From Candidatus Woesearchaeota archaeon (GTDB lineage: Archaea > Nanobdellota > Nanobdellia > SCGC-AAA011-G17 > PNOQ01): a DNA stretch of 49,265 bases. Below are positions 1 through 9,022 of the stretch, piece by piece. How positions within the stretch are numbered: position 1 is the stretch's first letter; every line of letters starts with the position of its first letter. The notes under the pieces were generated by a model. That model did not search any database, was not told the origin of the DNA, and saw nothing but the letters and a program-made list of their open reading frames with translations. The position numbers and the translations under genes are program-made. Where the stretch lies: positions 1-49,265 of the forward strand of contig JABHMJ010000010.1 in NCBI GenBank assembly GCA_018693795.1, in the 5' to 3' direction.

Positions 1-3000
1 CCTTCTAATTCTGAAATAGTTCCACCAACTAATGTATCTGTAATTCCGCCAGCTTTAATTCTAGTTCTAACTTCACCATCACATACACCCATCATCCAAT
101 AATGATCTGCAGTTTGTGTTCCAGAAGCTTTTGAAATAATTCTTGGACCACAAGAATTTACAACATCTGGATTTACCCAGGCTGTAATTGTTATTTCATT
201 ATTAACTTGAACATCTCCCATGTTTATTGAATTAGCAATTCCATCAAAATCATAAGCCCCACTTAATTGCCCAGTTATTTGGGTTGGACATGAAGTACAA
301 ACCCCATTATAACTACCAGTAACATCACTATAATCTAAATCTAATGTTAAGTGAGATATTAAAGTTCCAGAAACAGTACAATCACTGTATGAGCATCCAG
401 TTGCAGTACATGTTTTTGTTAAACAATTTTCATTTACTGGACATAATAAATCATTCAATGTTCCTGCACCACATGTTCCTGCGGAACATATGTCATTTTC
501 AGTACAAGTAATTCCATCGTCACATGAATTTGTATTTGGAGTGTTAACACAAGTTCCGGCATTACATGAATCTGTTGTACAAACATTACTGTCCTCACAT
601 TCTGCATCTAAAATACAACCACAATCTTCATCTGTTAAAGTATCACAATCATCATCTAATCCATTTCCACATATTTCTTCGTCGTTTGGAAGTATTTCAC
701 CAACACAACTTCCCCATGTTCCTCCGGAACATGTTTCAGTACCTGCTGAACATTCACCAACGTTTGAACCACAAGATCTTGTATTTCCATCTGTGCAACC
801 AACAGCTGCTGTAAAACTAATTTCTTTTCCATTACTCACTGTTCCATCTGCATCTATTACGAAAAGATAATATGTTTGATCTGAATTTAATGCTCCTTGA
901 TTTGCTGAAAATTGTATTGTTGTTCCATCCCAAGTTGTGTGGGGGATTTGAATTTCACAATTAGTGGCTAAGTCCTTATTTTGATTATTACAAATTTCAA
1001 TTCTTGCAACAGTGTTATCCACATAAACTTCATCCCAATACCACAAACCATTAGCATTATCAGGACAAGCACTACTCACCCCATAATATGACGAAAAGTA
1101 TATTGAATCTGTACATCTTCCTTCACCAAAATAAAAATTATCCACAATTTCCGATTCTATCTCTAAATTTCTAAATGTTTGCCAGAGTCCATCAGTGCCA
1201 AAATGTGCCACCCATTCCCATCGTTCCCAAGAGTCTCTAAAAGGGGTTCCACCAATGCTGCTAATGGCTATATTGTTATTATAATCTTCCCAAACACCAG
1301 ATCGCCACCACCCACTACAATCTCCTCCAGTTCGTATTGCCGGATAATCCCATCCTCCAGCGTTAAGATTCATAAATTTCATACTGCTGGAACTTTCAGT
1401 TTCAGTTCCGTAAAACCAGCCTGTAATGTATATTTCACCATCACAACCATCCGGATAGTTATCCGCCCCCAATAAACTAGTTCCAACAGTCCCTTGTTTA
1501 GAAACAATATTGTTATTTCCCCTAGACACATCATCCGAATATACAGGATCAAACCCTCCCCATTCAGAACCAGTACTCCAACGAGGACCAGATATTATTT
1601 CATTAATAATTCCCTGCTCAAAATCATCTCGTAACCAAGGTGCAACTGGACTCTTAACACCAAACGAACTTCCAGAAATATTAAAACTATCTCCATGCCT
1701 TAAAACACCTAAATTAGAAACATCACCAACATGAGGAACACCAGGAATAACTTGACTAACTTTTAAATTATTTGAACTTTCAATATTAATTAAACTATCT
1801 TCATTTAAACTTGCAACAAAAACATACTCTGGATCTGAATCTCCACCATCAGTATCATCAACCCATTCTGTAATCCAAGTTTGAGTTGCAACTCCAGAAC
1901 TAAAAGTTGTAGAAGCAGGATTAGTTACTGCAACAGGATCTAAATCAACAAATAATAAAAAATCATCTGTGTCAAACAATTCAAAATCTAATTGTTTTCC
2001 ATCACAGTTATTTCCATTAACTGTTAATGTTACTTGTGTGCCTTCATCGGCAGTTGTTGTACTCCAAGATGCTGATGTCAATGAACAATCAGGAATAACT
2101 CCTGATGAAAAACTAACTGGAACACCATTTGAAACTGTTCCATCTTCATCTATTACGAATAAATATAAAGAATCAGTATCTAAGAAAGAACCCTGATTTA
2201 CTTTGAAAGCCAATACATCTGTTGACCATGAAACAAGTTCTTGCATTTCATAATGAACCTCATATGAATTTCCAAAAGGATCAAAAGAATTTGTATCTGC
2301 GATTACAATTCTAGAAAGACTGTCATCAAAAGAAATATCTCCAAAAAGAAATTCCATATCTGGATCAAGGTTAGCCGAAATACTTGGGTCATAACCAATC
2401 ATTCTTATATGATCATAAATACCATCACATGAACTAAAATCAGACCAAGTAGAAACTAATATTCCATCTACGATAGCCCAACTCTTAACTTCAGAAGGAG
2501 AAACATGGGTAATAACTTTAACATGCTCCCATTCGCCTTCACGCATAGAATGAATAGAACCAAAATAATCATTTTCCACCCACTCCATGCAACCATGCAT
2601 TTCTGTAGCAAAAAGAGAACCAGGAACATTTGCAAGTACAAGTTGATCAACCGTACTTGCATCATGCCATTTACGAAGTACTTTGCCAGATACAAAACCG
2701 CCAGGACCTTGGCCAAAATCATGACTAGCCCTAAACCACCAGTCAACATATGTCCATCCTTCTGCATCATTTATATCAAAATTTCTAGCAAAAAATCCTT
2801 TTCTCCCATCAGTATCTGCTAAATTTCTTACAAGATATGATGTATGATTTGAATAACGACTATTTTCACCAATATAAAATCTTGGAACACGCCCATATTC
2901 ATGATTATACCAGGGACAATCTAAACAATATTGCAGGGGATTTCCTTCTCCAACACCATATGTGCCTCTCGTAGGAACAATACTCCCGTGAGAGGTATCA

Positions 3001-3197
3001 TAAGAACTATAGGCATCTATTGAATCAATATTATCAAAAATTAATGCTTGATTGTGATTCTTAAAACCAAAATCAACCCCACTAATACTTATCTGGCTGC
3101 CATGCACTAAATTAGATTCAATAGGATTGACAGAAGGAACAGCACTAACTAAATTAATAAATAATAAAATAACAAATAATAACCCCAACTTTTTCAT
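1..3197 (-). CDS. Large secreted modular surface protein, 3'-truncated by window edge: signal peptide, two copies of a ~310-330 aa beta-rich module, Cys-rich/metal-binding repeats, LamG-like domain
   Basis: Not in the ORF track (no stop in window). Hand translation from ATG 3197 (MKKLGLFVILLLFNLVSA...) stays open to base 3 (...GGTISELE). It contains ICGNGLDDDCD and CEDSNVCTTDSC Cys modules and the LamG-type AYDFDG...ITITAWVNPD. Confidence 0.9.
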   Translation of the reverse strand, partial: MKKLGLLFVILLFINLVSAVPSVNPIESNLVHGSQISISGVDFGFKNHNQALIFDNIDSIDAYSSYDTSHGSIVPTRGTYGVGEGNPLQYCLDCPWYNHEYGRVPRFYIGENSRYSNHTSYLVRNLADTDGRKGFFARNFDINDAEGWTYVDWWFRASHDFGQGPGGFVSGKVLRKWHDASTVDQLVLANVPGSLFATEMHGCMEWVENDYFGSIHSMREGEWEHVKVITHVSPSEVKSWAIVDGILVSTWSDFSSCDGIYDHIRMIGYDPSISANLDPDMEFLFGDISFDDSLSRIVIADTNSFDPFGNSYEVHYEMQELVSWSTDVLAFKVNQGSFLDTDSLYLFVIDEDGTVSNGVPVSFSSGVIPDCSLTSASWSTTTADEGTQVTLTVNGNNCDGKQLDFELFDTDDFLLFVDLDPVAVTNPASTTFSSGVATQTWITEWVDDTDGGDSDPEYVFVASLNEDSLINIESSNNLKVSQVIPGVPHVGDVSNLGVLRHGDSFNISGSSFGVKSPVAPWLRDDFEQGIINEIISGPRWSTGSEWGGFDPVYSDDVSRGNNNIVSKQGTVGTSLLGADNYPDGCDGEIYITGWFYGTETESSSSMKFMNLNAGGWDYPAIRTGGDCSGWWRSGVWEDYNNNIAISSIGGTPFRDSWERWEWVAHFGTDGLWQTFRNLEIESEIVDNFYFGEGRCTDSIYFSSYYGVSSACPDNANGLWYWDEVYVDNTVARIEICNNQNKDLATNCEIQIPHTTWDGTTIQFSANQGALNSDQTYYLFVIDADGTVSNGKEISFTAAVGCTDGNTRSCGSNVGECSAGTETCSGGTWGSCVGEILPNDEEICGNGLDDDCDTLTDEDCGCILDAECEDSNVCTTDSCNAGTCVNTPNTNSCDDGITCTENDICSAGTCGAGTLNDLLCPVNENCLTKTCTATGCSYSDCTVSGTLISHLTLDLDYSDVTGSYNGVCTSCPTQITGQLSGAYDFDGIANSINMGDVQVNNEITITAWVNPDVVNSCGPRIISKASGTQTADHYWMMGVCDGEVRTRIKAGGITDTLVGGTISELE

Positions 3198-3271
3198 AAA
3201 TAAATAAGGCTAATAAGTATTTATAAGATTAACTTAAAAAAACTTATAAACATAAACAATAATCAAAACAT

Positions 3272-3433
3272 ATGAAACCAAAAATCCCTTTACCAAAAGA
3301 TTATGATTACAAAGCAACATTAGAAAAATTAGACGAATCTGAATTAAAGGCAAGAGTGATGTTAGATATCTTTAAAGAACTTAAAAAAAGAAAACAAAAA
3401 AATCCAGAAAAATGCCCTTGGTGTAATAAATAA
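3272..3433 (+). CDS. Small protein (53 aa) with C-terminal CPWC
   Basis: Hand translation MKPKIPLPKDYDYKATLEKL...EKCPWCNK*; TTATAAA about 25 bp upstream. Confidence 0.6.
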   Translation: MKPKIPLPKDYDYKATLEKLDESELKARVMLDIFKELKKRKQKNPEKCPWCNK

Positions 3434-3482
3434 AAACTTTATCACAATAATCTATATAAATAAAAAAACTAAAAAATCCAAC

Positions 3483-3677
3483 ATGACTACATTACAAGAA
3501 AAATATCCAATAATAACAGAATTATTATATGATTTAAGATTAAAAGGAGAAATTTCTTTTATGACCCCACATGGAATATTAAAAACATTAGAACCATATT
3601 TACAAGAAGATAAACTATATAAACCAAAAGATCAAAATCAAGATAATGATCCCAGAAATCTTGAGCAACGGGTATGA
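3483..3677 (+). CDS. Hypothetical protein
   Basis: ORF with TATATAAA about 25 bp upstream; overlaps start of next gene. Confidence 0.55.
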   Translation: MTTLQEKYPIITELLYDLRLKGEISFMTPHGILKTLEPYLQEDKLYKPKDQNQDNDPRNLEQRV

Positions 3678-4191
3678 AAGGGCACTTCACATATTAAGTC
3701 AACCCTTACACAATGAAAATTTATTATGGATTCTTGTACCTTTATTTTTAGCATTAATTTTAATGGAACTTTATTTCGGAAGATATGAAAAAGAAGAACT
3801 AGGATGGAATACTGCTTTCGGGAACTCATTAATATTAATTTTCGTATCTGCAAATTTAGTAAACCATTTAATAAATAACAATTTATGGACAGATCCAGTT
3901 AAAGCAGGAGTAGTATTCACATTATTAATTTTAGGATTCATATTAACATTGCTAGATTACTTTCATGCACTACCTGAAAAATTAGCATTCACCGTATCTT
4001 CAAAGTTTCCAATAAGTTTCATTGCGTTTTTAGCAATATTATTTGTATACATAGATATTCCAATAGATACAACAACACTACTATCATTAGGACTAATATT
4101 TATAGCAGCATATCTAATAATTTCATTAGTTCATTTCTTAACCCCCACATTTCATGGGTTAATGTCTCAGGAAGTTCCTGATCCAGAATAA
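3646..4191 (+). CDS. Multi-pass membrane protein of unknown function
   Basis: About 5 hydrophobic segments; YFGRYEKEELGWNTAFGNSL loop looks conserved. Confidence 0.8.
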   Translation: MIPEILSNGYERALHILSQPLHNENLLWILVPLFLALILMELYFGRYEKEELGWNTAFGNSLILIFVSANLVNHLINNNLWTDPVKAGVVFTLLILGFILTLLDYFHALPEKLAFTVSSKFPISFIAFLAILFVYIDIPIDTTTLLSLGLIFIAAYLIISLVHFLTPTFHGLMSQEVPDPE

Positions 4192-4195
4192 AAAA

Positions 4196-4432
4196 TTAAG
4201 CTACCCTTTCATCAAGGGCATTTTCAGCTTGTTGTTTTGCAGCTTCTTGAGCTTTCTTTGCTTCAGCTTCTAAATCTACACCTAAATCTTTCAAAGCCTT
4301 CATATGTGCTTGAATTAACTGATCAACAACTCCAACCATTTTAGCCAATTCATTTCTTTCATTTCCCAAAGTATTTAATGCACCCTTATGGAAACCAATT
4401 AATTCTTCTTTACTCATATTTTCTTCAACCAT
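4196..4432 (-). CDS. Small coiled-coil protein
   Basis: Helical heptad pattern; GAGGT RBS upstream. Confidence 0.75.
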   Translation of the reverse strand: MVEENMSKEELIGFHKGALNTLGNERNELAKMVGVVDQLIQAHMKALKDLGVDLEAEAKKAQEAAKQQAENALDERVA

Positions 4433-4441
4433 TTTTTAACC

Positions 4442-4579
4442 TCACTTATATTTTGTTATTTGTTTTATTATTGCTTGCGAAATAAAATCTTCTTCATCAG
4501 CAAACAACCCAGTTTTATCAACAACAGCTTTAACACTATTCATCAATTGTTTTGGTATTTTTATATCAATCACTTCCAT
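4442..4579 (-). CDS. Ribbon-helix-helix (CopG/MetJ-like) small DNA-binding protein, 45 aa
   Basis: Hand translation MEVIDIKIPKQLMNSVKAVVDKTGLFADEEDFISQAIIKQITKYK*: alternating strand, IP, helix, GLF, xxDFI helix; GAGGTGA RBS. Confidence 0.7.
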   Translation of the reverse strand: MEVIDIKIPKQLMNSVKAVVDKTGLFADEEDFISQAIIKQITKYK

Positions 4580-4645
4580 TTAATCACCTCTCAAACATAA
4601 TAGAAAAAAGAGACGCCAACCATTTATAAAGATTCTTATCAAAAT

Positions 4646-5245
4646 CTATTTTTTATGTTTTCTTTTAGGTTTAGTATATTCCAATACAATAAAAAATAGA
4701 ATAACAACTAATAAAATTAATAAAATATTACAATAATTAAAACCTTCAACAGAAACTATTTCAGGATCTTCAACTAATAAACAGCCTGCATTCTCTTGGC
4801 ATATATAATTTTCATCACAACTAGTATCTTCAGACCAATCTAAACAAACATCATTATCATAATATCCGCATCTTTTATACACTAAATCATTAGAACAAAC
4901 TAAATTTCCTGGATCACACTCATGTTCACACCCATCATCAACAATAGAATTAGTTTCACTATCATCATTTTCATCAGAACATCCAGGATCTAACGGAAAA
5001 TCAATTAATCCGTCTTGATCATTATCCATTCCATCTTCACAATCATATTTAATAGTTCCACTCCCCCCAGAACCAGGAACTTCAACAGGAACATCAGGTT
5101 CTTCAGGTCCACCAATAACTAATCTACTCCCAACAGATGCTTCAGAACTTGGAGAAAAAACTAAATTTAGATCACCAGATAAACATAAAGTAAAATATAC
5201 AACAAAAACAATCAAAAAAATCCAAAATAAACTTTTAACATTCAT
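4646..5245 (-). CDS. Membrane-anchored Cys/Asp-rich surface protein (putative filament base/anchor)
   Basis: N-terminal TM, FSP motif, CEDGMDNDQDGLIDFPLDPGC Ca-binding-type repeat, C-terminal TM plus basic tail. Confidence 0.8.
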   Translation of the reverse strand: MNVKSLFWIFLIVFVVYFTLCLSGDLNLVFSPSSEASVGSRLVIGGPEEPDVPVEVPGSGGSGTIKYDCEDGMDNDQDGLIDFPLDPGCSDENDDSETNSIVDDGCEHECDPGNLVCSNDLVYKRCGYYDNDVCLDWSEDTSCDENYICQENAGCLLVEDPEIVSVEGFNYCNILLILLVVILFFIVLEYTKPKRKHKK

Positions 5246-5871
5246 TGTTTAATATTTTGATCTGGTTGAGCCATTGGCATCTCTTCCTTTTTTCTTCGGA
5301 ATTTCCTATATAAAATCAAACCAACCAAAGCCAATACAACAACAATAACCACAACATAAACAAAAGTATAATCTCTTCCACTTGGACTACACTGAACTGA
5401 AATCCCCATTGGAGCTCCAACAGCAATAGCAGCAGCAGAACCAGTGCCTGCTTGAGATTCTTCTGTGCTAACTTCAGAAGCTAAAATTTTACCTTCATAC
5501 TTAACAATTGAATCTCCGCAAGTTTGTTTACACATAGTTCCTAAAAATAAACAATCATTTTCATAAACATCTCCAACCTCGAAACAAACTTCTACAGGAA
5601 TAGCATCTTCATGAGTAGTATCTCCAACAATAAAAGTAGAATCTCCAACAGATTTTGTAACTCCCTCTAATTCTTCAGAAGGACTAAGCCTTACATTAAC
5701 AGAATCTTCCCAAGGATTATAAACTTTATATTCTATACATTTTGTTGTTTGTTCTTCAACTAACAAACTATCTTCTTCCCAATAAAGACCAACTCCAGAT
5801 CTAGCAGAAACTCCTTGAGAGAATAATAAGAAACACACCAACATTACTGCAATAATAGTTTTATTTTCCAT
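5242..5871 (-). CDS. Secreted Ig-like protein with C-terminal TM anchor (putative assembly chaperone, DUF916-like)
   Basis: Start reassigned to ATG 5871 (MENKT...); signal peptide ending VSA; YKVYNP beta-strand motif; TM followed by RKFRRKK. Confidence 0.75.
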   Translation of the reverse strand: MENKTIIAVMLVCFLLFSQGVSARSGVGLYWEEDSLLVEEQTTKCIEYKVYNPWEDSVNVRLSPSEELEGVTKSVGDSTFIVGDTTHEDAIPVEVCFEVGDVYENDCLFLGTMCKQTCGDSIVKYEGKILASEVSTEESQAGTGSAAAIAVGAPMGISVQCSPSGRDYTFVYVVVIVVVLALVGLILYRKFRRKKEEMPMAQPDQNIKQ

Positions 5872-5875
5872 TTTA

Positions 5876-6502
5876 TTATATACAACCAGTAGTTGTTTCA
5901 ACCCCCTCAAACCATATAATATTACTATAAGTTCCTTTTTGCTGTCCAGCATCAACATCTAACCAAAATCTATAATTATTTTGACTACCTGGAGCAACAG
6001 TAGTACTTCCTAAAACATAATTTGTTGTTAATGCAGATCCAGGCAAGGCAGGATTATTAATATCATTTAATGTAGAGTCATCCCAAACATAATTCGCTAA
6101 AGGAATTGTATCTAATGCAGGATTTGTTAAAGGGCCATCTGTTTTTAAACAAAAATCAACATTTACATTTGAATCAGAACTTATTGCTATATCGTATCCT
6201 GTCTGATCACCAACATCAAAATTAGCAGTTCCATCTTGAGCTGTAACCGGCAAATTTTCAATAGTACCAAAATCAATACCATTACTCAAATCAGTTGATA
6301 AAGACAAAGCAAGATAAGCAGAAATAGTAACAGAAGATGGAGCAGAAGCTTCAACAGCCCTACCTGTTATTGGAACAGTATTATTTCCATCAGAAGTAGT
6401 ATTAGTAAATAAACCAAAAACAGCAACTACAAAAACCAAAATTAAAACAGATAAAGTAACATTTTCTCTTTTATTAGATTCTTTCCTCTTTTTCTTAGGC
6501 AT
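5876..6502 (-). CDS. Secreted single beta-sandwich protein (putative major filament subunit; WxL/SCPU-like C-terminus)
   Basis: Basic N-terminus, TM, ITGRA motif, GIDFG, and C-terminal FWLDVDAGQQKGTYSNIIWF. Confidence 0.75.
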   Translation of the reverse strand: MPKKKRKESNKRENVTLSVLILVFVVAVFGLFTNTTSDGNNTVPITGRAVEASAPSSVTISAYLALSLSTDLSNGIDFGTIENLPVTAQDGTANFDVGDQTGYDIAISSDSNVNVDFCLKTDGPLTNPALDTIPLANYVWDDSTLNDINNPALPGSALTTNYVLGSTTVAPGSQNNYRFWLDVDAGQQKGTYSNIIWFEGVETTTGCI

Positions 6503-6533
6503 AACTAAATTAATGGATTAGTATATATAAACC

Positions 6534-7571
6534 TTACGGTAAATCTCCATGAGGAACCGCCTTTACATCAACAAGGTTAGAATATAATCCTGGAGATTGC
6601 CCACCAGGAACTGTCAAAAAGAATTTAAAATAAACGTTTGTTCCACTAGGTAAATTTTCTCCAATTAAATTATCTAAATAGTTTGTAGTCAAAGGATATT
6701 TTACTCCCCCAGGAATACTTCCATCAATTAAACTATAGCTAAATTCTTCATTATTTAATAAAATACTATTCCCTCCTGAAATTAAATTACCATTTGCACG
6801 AACATAAATATCCACATTAGTTCCAGTTGCATCTATTTGAGCATTGTAATCTGTTATTCCTACCCCATTATTCCCTCCAGCATCTTGATCAGTAACTGGC
6901 AATTCAGAAATATCCCATGCAATTCCTGTTGCCATAGCATTTGACAATGAAACAGAAATAGAAAAAGCATCTAAAGTTGAAAAACTCCAAACTTCTCCAG
7001 TAAATTCTCCAAAAGAATCTTTAGCAACAATTTGCCAAAGATAAGTTGTTCCTGGACTTAATCCCCCTAAAACATAAGTGGTTTCAGTTTGATCAGATGA
7101 AACTAAAACTAAACTCTCTCCAAAATAAACATCATAAACAATCGAATCCTCATCATCATCTACAGCATCCCAACTTAAAACAACGCCAGTAATTGGTTGA
7201 TCAATTGCACCATCTATTGGATTTGGATTAGAGATAACTGGTAAAATATTACAAATTGTATTGGGAATACAATTAATCATACATTGTGTTGGGGCAGGAC
7301 TTAATTTAGGAATTCCAGGACTAAGTAGTGGAAGTCCAGTTTTATCACCATCACTTACTGGGGGGTCTCTAATTTCTGGTATATCGCAAGTTCTTCCATA
7401 TGTCATTTCGTGTGCACCACAAGTTCCTCGGCCACATCCAACTTCTTCCCAATCAGTACAATCTCCACAAAAAATTTCTTCTGGAGCCAATTGAGGTTCT
7501 TGTTGAGATCCAAAGAAATATAAAATTAAAATAATCACAAACGCAATAATTCCAACATACAATTTTTTCAT
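6534..7571 (-). CDS. Secreted protein with Cys module, FN3-like domain and C-terminal domain paralogous to 5876-6502 (putative tip subunit)
   Basis: FN3-like LSW...YDVYFG...LSPGTTYLWQIVAKD; C-terminal LPVTDQD, LTTNY, FFLTVPGGQSPGLYSN. Confidence 0.8.
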   Translation of the reverse strand: MKKLYVGIIAFVIILILYFFGSQQEPQLAPEEIFCGDCTDWEEVGCGRGTCGAHEMTYGRTCDIPEIRDPPVSDGDKTGLPLLSPGIPKLSPAPTQCMINCIPNTICNILPVISNPNPIDGAIDQPITGVVLSWDAVDDDEDSIVYDVYFGESLVLVSSDQTETTYVLGGLSPGTTYLWQIVAKDSFGEFTGEVWSFSTLDAFSISVSLSNAMATGIAWDISELPVTDQDAGGNNGVGITDYNAQIDATGTNVDIYVRANGNLISGGNSILLNNEEFSYSLIDGSIPGGVKYPLTTNYLDNLIGENLPSGTNVYFKFFLTVPGGQSPGLYSNLVDVKAVPHGDLP

Positions 7572-7643
7572 ACATAAAAAAAGAAGAAGGAATATATAAA
7601 TCTTATCGAAAATTTTATATATGGGAAATTCTAAAATTGATTT

Positions 7644-8354
7644 ATGTTAAAAGGGAAAGTTGCAATTGTTACTGGTGGGACAAAAGGCATTGGTGAGGGA
7701 ATTGCAAACAAATTCAAAAAAGAAGGTGCAAAAGTAGTTGTATCAGCAAGAACAAAAATAAAAACAAAACACTATTTCATAAAATGTGATGTTTCTAATT
7801 CTGATGAGGTCAAAAATTTAATCAACGAAACAATAAAAAAATACAAAAGAATAGATATTGTAGTAAATAATGCAGGGATATTCCCTTTCATAGAATTCAA
7901 AAGCATGACAGAAGAACAGTGGGATGAAGTAATGAATGTAAATTTAAAAGGAATGTATTATATAACAAAGGCAGCCCTACCATATTTATTAAAAAGAAAA
8001 TCTGGCAAAATAATAAATATTGCATCTATTGCTGGAACAAAAGTTGGATTTCCAAACTTAGTTCATTATTGTACAACAAAAGCAGGAGTTTCAGGATTTA
8101 CAAAATCACTAGCATTAGAACTAGCAAAATCAAATATTCAAGTTAATGCAATAGCTCCTGGAGTTATCATGACGCCTGGAGTAAAAAAAGGATTAGATAA
8201 AAAAACAATTAAAAATTTATTAATGACAATTCCAGAAGGAAGAGGGGGAAAACCTTCAGATATCGCGGCAACAGCAGCTTTCTTAGCTTCAGAAGAATCA
8301 CAATATATCACTGGACAAACAATAGTAGTTGATGGTGGCTATACAGATCAATAA
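7644..8354 (+). CDS. Short-chain dehydrogenase/reductase (FabG-like)
   Basis: TGGTKGIG, NNAG, YCTTK (YxxxK), VNAIAPG, ITGQTIVVDGG. Confidence 0.95.
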   Translation: MLKGKVAIVTGGTKGIGEGIANKFKKEGAKVVVSARTKIKTKHYFIKCDVSNSDEVKNLINETIKKYKRIDIVVNNAGIFPFIEFKSMTEEQWDEVMNVNLKGMYYITKAALPYLLKRKSGKIINIASIAGTKVGFPNLVHYCTTKAGVSGFTKSLALELAKSNIQVNAIAPGVIMTPGVKKGLDKKTIKNLLMTIPEGRGGKPSDIAATAAFLASEESQYITGQTIVVDGGYTDQ

Positions 8355-8605
8355 AAAGGCCAAGCACTATGTCCAAATTGAACTAATAAATCGAATTTTA
8401 AATCTTTTAATCCCAACGGAGTATCACATGCGCCCCAACAAGAACCACTCCAAATAACAAAATTACAATCAACTTTTATTTTTAACTCTTTTACAATTTC
8501 AGTTGCCTCTGGTTTTAAACCATCTGGCAATTGCAAACAAACTAATTTAGCATTCTCTTTTTTTATTTCTTTTACTAAATTATCTATTTCTAAATCATAT
8601 TTCAT
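8348..8605 (-). CDS. dph2: Diphthamide synthesis Dph2/Dph1, N-terminal domain only (85 aa)
   Basis: LQLPDGLK, CWGACD and LLVQFGHS are Dph2 domain I motifs. Confidence 0.85.
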   Translation of the reverse strand: MKYDLEIDNLVKEIKKENAKLVCLQLPDGLKPEATEIVKELKIKVDCNFVIWSGSCWGACDTPLGLKDLKFDLLVQFGHSAWPFY

Positions 8606-8646
8606 AATATATTTTGAAAAACTAATAGCTTTTTAAAGCTTACTTA

Positions 8647-8991
8647 ATGGATAAATTAATGGAATATAGACATCCATGCGGACTTTTAGAAGAACAATCA
8701 ACTTTAGAATTTTCTACAACTGAAGATCCAATTCCTTGCATTTACAATGATTTATGCAACATAGAAGGAGTTCCATATAATTATGAATGTACTCAAGAAG
8801 AAGGATGTCCAGTAGATTGCCAAGAATTCTATCACATGTTACAATCTAAATTAAAAGGGATAGAAAATGGGGCAAATATTTTAGAAAAAATAGTAGATAA
8901 GATGAAGAAAGAAAGAGAAAAAGAAGGAAAATTAAAATTAGAAGATGAAATTCAATTAAAAAGTATACAAGACATGCCAGAAAGATCCTAA
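8647..8991 (+). CDS. Hypothetical Cys-containing protein
   Basis: 114-aa ORF in a gap with upstream TATA-like box; no family recognised. Confidence 0.6.
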   Translation: MDKLMEYRHPCGLLEEQSTLEFSTTEDPIPCIYNDLCNIEGVPYNYECTQEEGCPVDCQEFYHMLQSKLKGIENGANILEKIVDKMKKEREKEGKLKLEDEIQLKSIQDMPERS

Positions 8992-9022
8992 AAAATATTT
9001 ACACAAATTTTACTAACACTCT

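Noticed and set aside
490-2822. Track ORFs 490-870, 566-814, 1179-1475, 1510-1734, 1969-2196, 2468-2770, 2505-2822
   Set aside because: Antisense or off-frame shadows of the giant minus-strand ORF starting at 3197
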